63,125 nucleotides of DNA, filler included, from Stramenopiles sp. TOSAG23-6 (GCA_900128565.1; 26 parts of 26 records of this genome joined end to end with filler, not necessarily neighbours in it), one strand, 5' to 3'. Counted from the first letter of the whole stretch, positions 48,797 through 63,028 are shown. Numbers and translations: made by a program. The notes: generated by a model not told the origin, from the sequence alone.

Positions 48797-51021
48797 ATGT
48801 CTTTGCGTCGACTTGTCGAAACAACTCCATATTTTTACACTCTTGATGCAGCGTGGCAAGCAATAAGTACTGGAAAGTCGGCAAATATCTCTTCTTTTAT
48901 TTCGTCTGTTGTTTCAATATCTCCAAATGATCGAATTAATATGTGGCTCAATAAAAGTGGTGCGTATGATCTCGCCGCTGCGTCAAATGCTTCAGAGTCT
49001 CTATCGACTAACTCAGATTTTAGTGATTATTACAATCATCTTCGAACTTTGAGTATCAAACAGCTACCTCTGCAACACAGCAAACGTACACAGTTACACA
49101 AAACACAAAGCGAACATAACCCTACTAATGATGAAATTTCCACAGAGTCAAAAACAGACACTACCCCTAACCCTAATCCCCGAAAATTAGTANGAGAACA
49201 AATTGAACGAGATATCAGAAGAAGTGGTGTTACTGGAGGTCTTGTTGAAGTTCTCCGTCGTGTATTATTCGCCTACGTAGAACGTAATCAAGAAGTTGGT
49301 TATAGTCAAGGNATGAACTTTCTTGCTGCACAATGTCTTCATATAAAAATGTCAGAAGANCAAACATTTTGGGTTCTCTCTGGTTTGATGTACGTTTTCA
49401 TAACCCTAACCCTAATTTCCCTAATTTCATTTTTTTTTTTTTATAGTACATGTTGTACCTAACAATTTTTTGTAACAAAAGAAAAATTCACAATACATTG
49501 AAAAAATCCTAGGAATTGATTTTTTTGATAAGGATTTGACTGGTGTATTGGTAGACTGCGCAGCGTGCACACANATATTACATACTAAATATGANTGTTT
49601 ACTGTCAAAATTTGAGACGTCNCACATNCCNTTATCTGGGATTTTAAGTAATATGTTAATGTCTTGTCTGACAAATGTTGTACGTTTTAGTTTTTTTCAA
49701 TTTTTATCTAAATTTNTTTTTCGTACGAAATTTCGTACCTAACAAAAAAAATTAAAAAAAGAAAATATGTTTTCACAATATATGTTCCGACTGAATTATC
49801 AATTATATTTTGGGATTTTTGTTTTATTATTGATTTCAGAATTTTTTCTTTTTCAGTTGTGGTTACATTTTTTGATGCAATTTCTGGTATTATATATTCA
49901 CCTCTACGTTCATCTGATATACGTGACAAATTTTTAAGTGATGACAATTCAAAACATTCAAATTCAAAACATTCAAAACATTCAAATTCAAAACATTCAA
50001 AACATTCAAAACAGTCAAAACATTCAAAAACAATTGAAAATAACATTGTGGATGATGATTTTGTACTTGTAGCTGAAAAACCCATAGANGATGATCATGT
50101 ACTATCAACATCACCTGATATTATATTGTTTGAAATATTGAAAAAATGGCGTAATGTAAAAGTAAAAATTCACAAGTTGAACAACCCTAACCCTAATGAG
50201 AGTGAACACGTCCGACTTGATGAAATGAGCCATTCAATTATTCTTGAGTCTCTTCATCATATTCTCTCATATAAAGATGACAAAGGAAAATTAATGTTAT
50301 CTACTCATAGTATTCATCAATGTAGAGAAAAAGCTTTCATTGAAGTCAATTTATCAAAGAAAGTACACGAAATCAGTCAAAATAATTTTCAACTCTCTCA
50401 NTTAGGCTATTTGGAATCTATTCGCACAACNTTACTATCTGCTCGACGTGGTATCACTTCACCAATATTGTTTACAGCATCTTCATTTTATTTACAACAT
50501 CATTGTAATGTCATTGAAAGGATTAATAAGTTGTTACTATTAATTAAAGAGTTGCATCCTTTTATGAATCAACATGATACAAACACAAACAGGTTAGGTT
50601 TTTTTTGTATGTCCAATGTTGTAAATGATGTAAATGATGATGTAAATAATTCTACTGGTAGAAAAACAAAGTATGAGAATACATATAATACACCAATATG
50701 GAGTGGTGGCTGGAGTTGTTGTGAAGAAGAAAAGTTATTAAAAAATATTGCTTCAACAATATTTTCAGTGTCAACTATTTCATTTCACTCGGAACCATCA
50801 GAAATTCAAAATGTGGATCATCAAAAAAAAAATTCTGAAAATTTTAAATTATTGGAAGACATGAAAAAAGAATTGTTACAGATATCACAATTGATTGAAA
50901 AAGTCATAACAGCTGCACCAGTGTATAGATTATTAACAACTATTGAAGAAAAATTTACCAACACATCTGTAAACCCNAACCCTATAAAAACTAGTCGAAC
51001 TGTAAACCCTAACCCTATAAA
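48797..51021 (+). CDS. TBC-domain Rab-GAP (exons to 49389, 49499-49679, 49784 onward; partial)
   Basis: QIERDIRRS, LRRVLFAY..RNQEVGYSQGMNFLAA, TFWVL and PTELSIIFWDF; GT-AT introns 49390-49498 and 49680-49783. Confidence 0.88.
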
Positions 51022-51121
51022 NNNNNNNNNNNNNNNNNNNNNNNNNNNNNNNNNNNNNNNNNNNNTTAATTAATTAANNNNNNNNNNNNNNNNNNNNNNN
51101 NNNNNNNNNNNNNNNNNNNNN

Positions 51122-54100
51122 ACTCATGCGCGATATTCTCAGATATAAAAAATATCATTACAATAGTGAAAAGAATTCAAGCAATTGTTGTAGAAACACC
51201 ACACAAACAACTTATTAAATGTCTTTGCGTCGACTTGTCGAAACAACTCCATATTTTTACACTCTTGATGCAGCGTGGCAAGCAATAAGTACTGGAAAGT
51301 CGGCAAATATCTCTTCTTTTATTTCGTCTGTTGTTTCAATATCTCCAAATGATCGAATTAATATGTGGCTCAATAAAAGTGGTGCGTATGATCTCGCCGC
51401 TGCGTCAAATGCTTCAGAGTCTCTATCGACTAACTCAGATTTTAGTGATTATTACAATCATCTTCGAACTTTGAGTATCAAACAGCTACCTCTGCAACAC
51501 AGCAAACGTACACAGTTACACAAAACACAAAGCGAACATAACCCTACTAATGATGAAATTTCCACAGAGTCAAAAACAGACACTACCCCTAACCCTAATC
51601 CCCGAAAATTAGTANGAGAACAAATTGAACGAGATATCAGAAGAAGTGGTGTTACTGGAGGTCTTGTTGAAGTTCTCCGTCGTGTATTATTCGCCTACGT
51701 AGAACGTAATCAAGAAGTTGGTTATAGTCAAGGNATGAACTTTCTTGCTGCACAATGTCTTCATATAAAAATGTCAGAAGANCAAACATTTTGGGTTCTC
51801 TCTGGTTTGATGTACGTTTTCATAACCCTAACCCTAATTTCCCTAATTTCATTTTTTTTTTTTTATAGTACATGTTGTACCTAACAATTTTTTGTAACAA
51901 AAGAAAAATTCACAATACATTGAAAAAATCCTAGGAATTGATTTTTTTGATAAGGATTTGACTGGTGTATTGGTAGACTGCGCAGCGTGCACACANATAT
52001 TACATACTAAATATGANTGTTTACTGTCAAAATTTGAGACGTCNCACATNCCNTTATCTGGGATTTTAAGTAATATGTTAATGTCTTGTCTGACAAATGT
52101 TGTACGTTTTAGTTTTTTTCAATTTTTATCTAAATTTNTTTTTCGTACGAAATTTCGTACCTAACAAAAAAAATTAAAAAAAGAAAATATGTTTTCACAA
52201 TATATGTTCCGACTGAATTATCAATTATATTTTGGGATTTTTGTTTTATTATTGATTTCAGAATTTTTTCTTTTTCAGTTGTGGTTACATTTTTTGATGC
52301 AATTTCTGGTATTATATATTCACCTCTACGTTCATCTGATATACGTGACAAATTTTTAAGTGATGACAATTCAAAACATTCAAATTCAAAACATTCAAAA
52401 CATTCAAATTCAAAACATTCAAAACATTCAAAACAGTCAAAACATTCAAAAACAATTGAAAATAACATTGTGGATGATGATTTTGTACTTGTAGCTGAAA
52501 AACCCATAGANGATGATCATGTACTATCAACATCACCTGATATTATATTGTTTGAAATATTGAAAAAATGGCGTAATGTAAAAGTAAAAATTCACAAGTT
52601 GAACAACCCTAACCCTAATGAGAGTGAACACGTCCGACTTGATGAAATGAGCCATTCAATTATTCTTGAGTCTCTTCATCATATTCTCTCATATAAAGAT
52701 GACAAAGGAAAATTAATGTTATCTACTCATAGTATTCATCAATGTAGAGAAAAAGCTTTCATTGAAGTCAATTTATCAAAGAAAGTACACGAAATCAGTC
52801 AAAATAATTTTCAACTCTCTCANTTAGGCTATTTGGAATCTATTCGCACAACNTTACTATCTGCTCGACGTGGTATCACTTCACCAATATTGTTTACAGC
52901 ATCTTCATTTTATTTACAACATCATTGTAATGTCATTGAAAGGATTAATAAGTTGTTACTATTAATTAAAGAGTTGCATCCTTTTATGAATCAACATGAT
53001 ACAAACACAAACAGGTTAGGTTTTTTTTGTATGTCCAATGTTGTAAATGATGTAAATGATGATGTAAATAATTCTACTGGTAGAAAAACAAAGTATGAGA
53101 ATACATATAATACACCAATATGGAGTGGTGGCTGGAGTTGTTGTGAAGAAGAAAAGTTATTAAAAAATATTGCTTCAACAATATTTTCAGTGTCAACTAT
53201 TTCATTTCACTCGGAACCATCAGAAATTCAAAATGTGGATCATCAAAAAAAAAATTCTGAAAATTTTAAATTATTGGAAGACATGAAAAAAGAATTGTTA
53301 CAGATATCACAATTGATTGAAAAAGTCATAACAGCTGCACCAGTGTATAGATTATTAACAACTATTGAAGAAAAATTTACCAACACATCTGTAAACCCNA
53401 ACCCTATAAAAACTAGTCGAACTGTAAACCCTAACCCTATAAANNNNNNNNNNNNNNNNNNNNNNNNNNNNNNNNNNNNNNNNNNNNTTAATTAATTAAN
53501 NNNNNNNNNNNNNNNNNNNNNNNNNNNNNNNNNNNNNNNNNNNACTCATGCGCGATATTCTCAGATATAAAAAATATCATTACAATAGTGAAAAGAATTC
53601 AAGCAATTGTTGTAGAAACACCACACAAACAACTTATTAAATGTCTTTGCGTCGACTTGTCGAAACAACTCCATATTTTTACACTCTTGATGCAGCGTGG
53701 CAAGCAATAAGTACTGGAAAGTCGGCAAATATCTCTTCTTTTATTTCGTCTGTTGTTTCAATATCTCCAAATGATCGAATTAATATGTGGCTCAATAAAA
53801 GTGGTGCGTATGATCTCGCCGCTGCGTCAAATGCTTCAGAGTCTCTATCGACTAACTCAGATTTTAGTGATTATTACAATCATCTTCGAACTTTGAGTAT
53901 CAAACAGCTACCTCTGCAACACAGCAAACGTACACAGTTACACAAAACACAAAGCGAACATAACCCTACTAATGATGAAATTTCCACAGAGTCAAAAACA
54001 GACACTACCCCTAACCCTAATCCCCGAAAATTAGTANGAGAACAAATTGAACGAGATATCAGAAGAAGTGGTGTTACTGGAGGTCTTGTTGAAGTTCTCC

Positions 54101-55865
54101 GTCGTGTATTATTCGCCTACGTAGAACGTAATCAAGAAGTTGGTTATAGTCAAGGNATGAACTTTCTTGCTGCACAATGTCTTCATATAAAAATGTCAGA
54201 AGANCAAACATTTTGGGTTCTCTCTGGTTTGATGTACGTTTTCATAACCCTAACCCTAATTTCCCTAATTTCATTTTTTTTTTTTTATAGTACATGTTGT
54301 ACCTAACAATTTTTTGTAACAAAAGAAAAATTCACAATACATTGAAAAAATCCTAGGAATTGATTTTTTTGATAAGGATTTGACTGGTGTATTGGTAGAC
54401 TGCGCAGCGTGCACACANATATTACATACTAAATATGANTGTTTACTGTCAAAATTTGAGACGTCNCACATNCCNTTATCTGGGATTTTAAGTAATATGT
54501 TAATGTCTTGTCTGACAAATGTTGTACGTTTTAGTTTTTTTCAATTTTTATCTAAATTTNTTTTTCGTACGAAATTTCGTACCTAACAAAAAAAATTAAA
54601 AAAAGAAAATATGTTTTCACAATATATGTTCCGACTGAATTATCAATTATATTTTGGGATTTTTGTTTTATTATTGATTTCAGAATTTTTTCTTTTTCAG
54701 TTGTGGTTACATTTTTTGATGCAATTTCTGGTATTATATATTCACCTCTACGTTCATCTGATATACGTGACAAATTTTTAAGTGATGACAATTCAAAACA
54801 TTCAAATTCAAAACATTCAAAACATTCAAATTCAAAACATTCAAAACATTCAAAACAGTCAAAACATTCAAAAACAATTGAAAATAACATTGTGGATGAT
54901 GATTTTGTACTTGTAGCTGAAAAACCCATAGANGATGATCATGTACTATCAACATCACCTGATATTATATTGTTTGAAATATTGAAAAAATGGCGTAATG
55001 TAAAAGTAAAAATTCACAAGTTGAACAACCCTAACCCTAATGAGAGTGAACACGTCCGACTTGATGAAATGAGCCATTCAATTATTCTTGAGTCTCTTCA
55101 TCATATTCTCTCATATAAAGATGACAAAGGAAAATTAATGTTATCTACTCATAGTATTCATCAATGTAGAGAAAAAGCTTTCATTGAAGTCAATTTATCA
55201 AAGAAAGTACACGAAATCAGTCAAAATAATTTTCAACTCTCTCANTTAGGCTATTTGGAATCTATTCGCACAACNTTACTATCTGCTCGACGTGGTATCA
55301 CTTCACCAATATTGTTTACAGCATCTTCATTTTATTTACAACATCATTGTAATGTCATTGAAAGGATTAATAAGTTGTTACTATTAATTAAAGAGTTGCA
55401 TCCTTTTATGAATCAACATGATACAAACACAAACAGGTTAGGTTTTTTTTGTATGTCCAATGTTGTAAATGATGTAAATGATGATGTAAATAATTCTACT
55501 GGTAGAAAAACAAAGTATGAGAATACATATAATACACCAATATGGAGTGGTGGCTGGAGTTGTTGTGAAGAAGAAAAGTTATTAAAAAATATTGCTTCAA
55601 CAATATTTTCAGTGTCAACTATTTCATTTCACTCGGAACCATCAGAAATTCAAAATGTGGATCATCAAAAAAAAAATTCTGAAAATTTTAAATTATTGGA
55701 AGACATGAAAAAAGAATTGTTACAGATATCACAATTGATTGAAAAAGTCATAACAGCTGCACCAGTGTATAGATTATTAACAACTATTGAAGAAAAATTT
55801 ACCAACACATCTGTAAACCCNAACCCTATAAAAACTAGTCGAACTGTAAACCCTAACCCTATAAA
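51122..55865 (+). repeat. Two redundant copies of the TBC contig (51122-53443, 53544-55865)
   Basis: Same length, sequence and n positions as 48700-51021. Confidence 0.95.
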
Positions 55866-55965
55866 NNNNNNNNNNNNNNNNNNNNNNNNNNNNNNNNNNN
55901 NNNNNNNNNTTAATTAATTAANNNNNNNNNNNNNNNNNNNNNNNNNNNNNNNNNNNNNNNNNNNN

Positions 55966-58286
55966 AAAGCAAACATCATTCATCTTTTGAATAAAAACAA
56001 AAATACTTGCAATAATCTGTACAATATGTCAAAAGTATTTTAAATGAAAAACATTTTTCCATAGAAAATCAAGTATTCTTTAATTTTTTCAAAAAAACAA
56101 ATACTTTCAAAAAACTGTACAATATGTCAATTGTATTTGAAATGAATAAACATTTTGATCAGATAAAAGCAAACATCAACTTTTACACAAAAACAAAAAT
56201 ACCCACAATAATCTTTACAATATGCCAATGAATTTAAAATGAATAAACATTTTTATAATTTAAAAGTTATAATATTCATCTTTTGAATGAAAACAAAAAT
56301 ACAGTCAATAATCTGTACAATATGTCACTAATATTTTAAATGAATCAACATTTTTATTGTTTAAATGTTGTAATATTCATTGTTTGAATAAAAACAAAAA
56401 TACATTGATGTCCAATAATCTCTACAATATGTCAATAGTATTGGAAATAAATCAACATTTTTATCATTTAAAAGCAAACATTATTCATCTTTTGAATAAA
56501 AACAAATACATTAAATAATCTGTACAATATGTCAATAGTATACAAAATAAATAAACATTTTTATCATGTAAAAACAAACATCATTCATCTTTTGAATAAA
56601 AACAAATACTCGCAATAATCTATATAATATGTCAATAGTATTTTAAATGATTAAACATTGATGTAATTTGAAAGAAAACATCATTTATCTTTTAAAGAAA
56701 AACAAAACATACCTCAAATAATCTATACAATATGTCACTAGTATTTGAAATGAATAATAACTTTTATCACTTCAAACCTATCATCATTCATCTTTTAAAG
56801 AAAAACAAAAACATACATACAACAATCTATACAATATTTCAATAGAATATAAAATGAATAAATATTGTTATCATTACAAAGCAAACAACCTATACAAGAA
56901 GAACAAAAGTACATTCAATATTCTGTAAAATATGTAATTAGTATTTGAAATGAATCAATATTTTCATAATTTAAAAGTAAATACCATTCATCTTTTTAGG
57001 AATAAAAGACATACCCACAATAATCTACACAATATGAAAATTAAATTTTACATAAATAATCATTGTTATTGATGAAGCAAACATCATTCATCTCATCTGT
57101 ACAAGAAAATCAAAAATACGCACAATAATCTCTACAATATTTCAATAGTATTTGAAATAAATAAACATTGTTATTTTCAAAACTAACATTATTCATCTTT
57201 GAAAGAACATGACAAATACGTTTTGCAATATAGAGTACAATATGACATTAATATTTTAAATGAATAATCATTGAAATGATGAAAAACCCTTATCAATCTT
57301 TGCAAGAAAAACAAAGATACAACGTTCAATAATCTGTCAAATATGTTAATATAATTTTTAATGAATAATCATATTCATCATGTAAAAGAAACATTCTTCT
57401 ACTATGCAAGAACATTAAAAATACCTTTCCACTCAATAATCTGTACAATATTCCAATGGTATTATGAATGAATCAACATTCCTGTTTTCAAAGCTAACAA
57501 TATTGACACTTGCTAGGAAACAAAAATACTTGAAATAATCTGTACAATATGTCAATAGCAATCAAGATGAACGAATATTGTCATCATTTAAAATCTAACC
57601 TAAGTGGCTCTTGGAAGGAAAACAAAAGTACACATTATAATCTATTCAATATGTCAATAGTATACAAAATAAATAAACAGTTTTATCATTAAAAAGCAAA
57701 TATTATTTACCTTTTGAACAAAATCAAACATGCGTTCAATAATCTCTACAATATGTTAATAGTATACAAAATAAATAAACATTTTTATCATTCTACAGCA
57801 AACACTATTCATCTTTTGAATAAATCCAAACAAACAGCCAATAATATATACAATATGTTAATAGTATACAAAATAAATAAACATTTTTATCATTCTAAAG
57901 CAAACATAATTCATCTTTTGAATAAAAACAAAAATACATCCAATAATCTATACAATATGTCAATTCTATTTTAAATTAATAACAATTGCTATCCTTTAAA
58001 GCAAAAATTATTCATCTTTTGAATAAAAACAAAAATACTGACAATAATCTATTCAATATGCCAATAGTATTTTAAATGAATAAACATTTGTTATCATGTA
58101 AAAGCAAACATCATTCATTTTTTGAATAAAAGAAAAATACAATCAATAATGTCTACAATATGCCAATAGTATTTGAAATAAATAAACATTGTTATCATTT
58201 AATAGCAAATATTATTCATCTTTTGAATAAAANTGAAAATACATTCAATAATCTGTAAAATATGTCACTGGTGTAGGAAATAAATA
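55966..58286. repeat. Diverged AT-rich tandem satellite, unit about 101 bp, about 23 copies
   Basis: AATAATCT(G/A)TACAATATGTCAATAGTA...AAAGCAAACATCATTCATCTTTTGAATAAAAACAAA recurs about every 95-108 nt across the whole contig. Confidence 0.92.
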
Positions 58287-58456
58287 NNNNNNNNNNNNNN
58301 NNNNNNNNNNNNNNNNNNNNNNNNNNNNNNTTAATTAATTAANNNNNNNNNNNNNNNNNNNNNNNNNNNNNNNNNNNNNNNNNNNNTTTTTCGTACGAAA
58401 TTTTGTACCTAACAATTTTTTTTAGATTTTTTTTGAAATATGTTTCCAAAATACAT

Positions 58457-58550
58457 AGGTTTAGATCCTTATTCTCAATTAAATGTACCAAAAAATGCAA
58501 CTCTAGCCCAGATAAAAAAAGCATTTCGTACTGAAGCATTACGCTGGCAT
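58457..58550 (+). CDS. DnaJ (J-domain) exon
   Basis: DPYSQLNVPKNATLAQIKKAFRTEALRWH, cut by a family donor just before the expected PD of HPD. Confidence 0.8.
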
Positions 58551-58568
58551 GTATGTTGTTTCAAATTT

Positions 58569-58606
<38 letters not shown>

Positions 58607-58734
58607 ATTTTTTTCCCAAAAAAAAAATAATTTTTTTTTTTTTTTTTTTTTTTTTGGTTTTCATACGAAATTTTGTACCTAAACAAAAATTAATTTTTTT
58701 TCGTTTTTTTTTTGAAATATTGTACAAAATAAAT

Positions 58735-60707
58735 GGATGGTGCAGGTCCAGAGGAATTTGAGTATACATTTAATAAAAAAGATGTAATGCGTAATGGTGG
58801 TGGGTGGTCACTTGGATGGAAAAGAGGTGAAAAAAGTGGAGTAGTCCATCGAGTTCGTGTCAATGTGAATCGTACATTTTCATTATGAATTTTTTTTCGA
58901 AAAAAAAAAAAAAAATATTTCATACGAAATTTTGTACCTAACCAAAANTTTTTTTTTTTTTTTTNAATATTTTCAAAATAGTACATGACATTTGACAACA
59001 TTATTTCCTGAAATAAAAAGTCTTGGATGCAAACGACCACATTTTTGTGTTGCNCCAAAGGTAGTACCNAAGCCACAAGCTATGATTGGTGCACAACACG
59101 TGGCAAGTGCCGATATATATCGCGACTATAACCCCAACCCTAATAATCTANAAAAACAAAAAAATTTAAAAAATTTAAAAAATCTAAAAAATAGTTTGGA
59201 AAAATCTTCAAATGCGAATGAGTCTGAGACACAATTAAAATCAAAATCCGTAATAACAACAATTCGTTTTTTTAGACCAAAAATATCATTCACAAATGAA
59301 GATCAAGGCAATGAACAACGACCTAAAAAAGCGGTACCTGGTTCATTTCCTTTTAATCAAAAACCAACTGTACATTTTATTTAAATTTTTTTTTTTTTTT
59401 TTTGAAATATTTTTTTTGTAGTAAATTTCGTACCTAACACAATTTTTTTTTTTTTTTTAAATATTTTTTTACAATAAATCATCCGGAACCAACAATAATT
59501 TTCGTCATTGAAGGCAAAATTGATAAAGATGAACGAAAATGCCGTGCATCAACAACACAAATACCAGCACCAGCATCATATGGGAATATAAAACTTATCT
59601 TAAGCCCAGGTGTTTGGTATGAAGATTTATACATTGTTACATGTATGTTTTTTATTTTTTTTTTTAAATTTTTTTTTTCAATTTTAATTATTTTTTCATA
59701 CGAAATTTTGTACCTAAACAAAAAATATTTTTTTTTTTTTTTTTTTTGAAACTAAAAAAAAAAATTTTAAAATTTTTTTCCAAAATACATGTTCAACACC
59801 TAATGCCATTGATTGTCGTGATTTTCAAGATTTGGAATGTTCCGAACCTTCTGAAGTGAATCGTTTTATGACAAAAATGCCAGATATAAATGGTATACCT
59901 GAAGATGGAACAATTGATGGTGGTGGTTGGGCATTAGTACGAAGATTACCTCGGCCTGATAATTTTTGGGATTATTATGAAGATGAAAAAAATGAAAAAA
60001 ATAAAAAAAATGAAAAAAATGAAAAATATAATACAGAAGATACAAATAGACAATTTCGTAGTATAACACTGAATGAACCTATACCTAAATCATTTTATAT
60101 TGAATTAAACAATAATGGTTTATGGGAAATTGCTATCAATGACACAATTCATGATACCCCTAACCCTAACCAAAATAACCAAAATAACCAAAATAACCCT
60201 AGCCAATTAAAAAAGGGATTTATTATTGTTTTAATTGATGGTGCGCCAAGGCCAACAACACTTTATACGGCTACTCAAATTACAAAATTATTGCATAATG
60301 GTCCATTTCCAATACAACTTGGAGTAGGTTTTATTTTATATTGATAATTGTATACCAAATGATTTTTTTTTTTTTNCAAATATTTTTTTTCAAATTTTTT
60401 TTCGTACGAAATTTCGTACCTAACAAAAAAAATTGTCCAAATAAATATTTTTTTACAAAATTTGTAAGTCGACCTCTATTATACTGGCATCGTTCAAATG
60501 ATCAATTAAGAGGTGAATCATTTTATCATGATTGTATGCTACTTCCTACGTCTACAAATAACCCTAACCCTAACCCAAATGAAGAACACGAAAAAAATAA
60601 AAAAAATAAAAGAAATAAAAAAAATAAAAAAAACACAAAATCGGAAAAAAATAATAAAAATAAAATACAAAATGAAATGTGTAAAAAAACATTTGAACTT
60701 GACCAAT
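58735..60707 (+). CDS. Hypothetical multi-exon protein, possibly with a PDZ-like segment (introns 58872-58986, 59370-59479, 59643-59790, 60324 to about 60460)
   Basis: One continuous frame results when the four family introns are removed at consensus boundaries. Confidence 0.6.
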
Positions 60708-60895
60708 NNNNNNNNNNNNNNNNNNNNNNNNNNNNNNNNNNNNNNNNNNNNTTAATTAATTAANNNNNNNNNNNNNNNNNNNNNNNNNNNNNNNNNNNNN
60801 NNNNNNNTTTGGAAAAATATTTCAAAAAAAAATTCGTTAGGTACAACATTTCGTACGNAAAATAAATTCGAAATTTAAAAAAAAATAAAACGTAC

Positions 60896-61464
60896 ATGGT
60901 ATATGGGCTATTAAGCTCAGGGAGCCAAACTCGTTCACTTTGTTTCATTGCAGCAACAAGTAAGCGCTTTGATCGATCTATATTAAACACTTTTTTAGTA
61001 TTTACTTTACCACCGCTACTTGAATGAACAGAAGATATTGGAAAAATATGTCGAACTCCAACTTCAGTGCCTTTCTCAAGAAACCATTCCCATCGAGAAG
61101 CTTTCCGAAGAAGAGACATTCCAACGATAAGCTCGTTCACTGAAGCATTTGTACTCTCCGAAATTGATATAATACTCCCACCAATAGAATTATTCTTAAC
61201 CGTGTCTAATTTAACTTGATAGCGACTTCCACAACCATCAACTACTTTAATAACATCACCTTGACGACACCTCAGAACCTTGTGAGCATGACGCGTTTCT
61301 TCGAGAGAAAGGTACAAACTATCTCCAACCTTACTACTTTTTGGGGAGACTTTAGAGCAAAAGAAAGGTGTTGTAGTTGGGCCTGTTCGACTGCTGAAAC
61401 AATAAACAAGTCTCTGTCGTTTAACCAAGAAGTTAGACGATCTAAAAGACCGGAGCAAATTCAT
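60896..61464 (-). CDS. rsmE: RsmE-family 16S rRNA m3U methyltransferase, probably organelle-targeted (first exon)
   Basis: HAHKVLRCRQGDVIKVVDG, WEWFLEKGTEVGV and AAMKQSERVWLPEL; presequence-like N-terminus. Confidence 0.88.
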
Positions 61465-61725
61465 TAGAAAATATGCATCAAAGTTTAGTAGCTATACTTC
61501 TGCAAATTAAAAAAAATGTTTGATTCCTAAAAAAAAATATTACGGAAATGCGCGCTGGATGAATGAATTGGATTTCGTGTGATTTAGATGATGGTGATGG
61601 CCGGATGGTAGTCAGTTCGAATCGCTTACTTACACAAGTATAAAATTCGAAGTTTTTCTGAACGAGAACTGGCATTCACACAGTTGTACTACTAAATTTT
61701 CTAGTACCCAGCAATAGATTATAGC

Positions 61726-63028
61726 ATGTCTTCATCTACACAGGTAACTAAACGAGCCCGTATTGACCCTATCGACACTAGTAGCGTTATTGTTATTCCT
61801 TTAATCGCGGCAAAAGCATTGAAGCGTGTTGTAGAAAGTGCAGGCTATTTTGATAAATCTCGAAAAGCCGCGATGCTCCCAGAAAATCAGGCAAGTGCTT
61901 TATATTCTGGTATGGATGTTTGTACAAGTGGTCACCAAAGGGTGAAGTTTTTATGTATACCCATAATATCCCCCAAACTTGTCTCTAGTTTGCTTTCTAC
62001 ATGGATGAAAATCGTTCAAACGAATGAAATGAACCTGGAGGTTGATACACTTCACAACACAATTGAAGAAGAAGTTAGACACCACATAAAAAAAGAGCAA
62101 CGTAAAAAGCCCCAAGGTTCAATTATCGACCCATTGACTGGTGAAAAATACAGAAAGAAAATAATTTCATCATTTTTATTGGCAAAGGTACTACATTTTC
62201 AACTACCAGTAAATAAGAGGTTTGAAGTTTCACAGAAACAAATACTTAAAAACAGGGTTAAATCTCCAGCAGCAGTTGAAAATTCTCAATTAAATACAAA
62301 TCTCCAAAAATTAAGTCCTCTAGAATTATCTGAAAAATATGCTGCTTCTCGTCCTCGACCACCTACATATTTAGATTTAAAACTTTCAGTTCCTTCTTGT
62401 GCTTACTCATATTTATCAAAATGTTATGGCATTGAAAGACTAGAAAATATTTTATGCGCTTTGACTGAACCACCAAGACGAACAACGTTAAGAGTGAATA
62501 CGTTAAAATATACTCGTAATGAGGTACTTTGTCTATTAGAACCAATCCTTGCCCAATTAAATATCGAATTGAAAAAAGATAATCGAACACCTCTGAAAGC
62601 AATTCCACATCCTATAATTAACGATTGTATAGTAATCCCATCTTCTCCAGTACTTCAAGTCGAACCATTTTGGGATGCACGAAAAGAAATTATTGTGGAT
62701 CGTCTTTGTGGTGAAGCAGTTTTGCGTGGTGCAAATATATTTGTAAAAGGTATTCGTGGTGCAAGTCTAGGTATTAAACAAGGCGATAAAGTATGTACGT
62801 TTTCATTATGAATTTCGAATTTATTTTTTTTTCGTACGAAATTTTTTACCTAACAAATTTCGAATTTAATTTTTTTTACGATATATGTGTAACTGTGGAT
62901 CTTCAACCAAGTTTAAAGGGTAAGTCTGAAAGCATTGGACGTCCTACAGTTGGTAGTAATAGCAACTTATTCATAGGTAAAAAAGTGTATATTGGTTCAG
63001 GTATTGCCATGCTATCTAGAAAAGATAT
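61726..63028 (+). CDS. NSUN6: NSUN6-like RNA m5C methyltransferase with PUA domain (exons 61726-62794, 62887-63028; 3' partial)
   Basis: PPRRTTLRVNT, EIIVDRLCGEAVLRGANIFVKGI, GDKVCVTVDL and KVYIGSGIAMLSRKD. Confidence 0.88.

Noticed and set aside
48700-55865. Tandem triplication of a TBC gene
   Set aside because: Three separate contigs of equal length with identical n positions; assembly redundancy.
55966-58286. CRISPR array or 34-aa TPR-coding repeat
   Set aside because: Whole units are homologous, with no unique spacers, and unit lengths vary by non-multiples of three with frequent stops.
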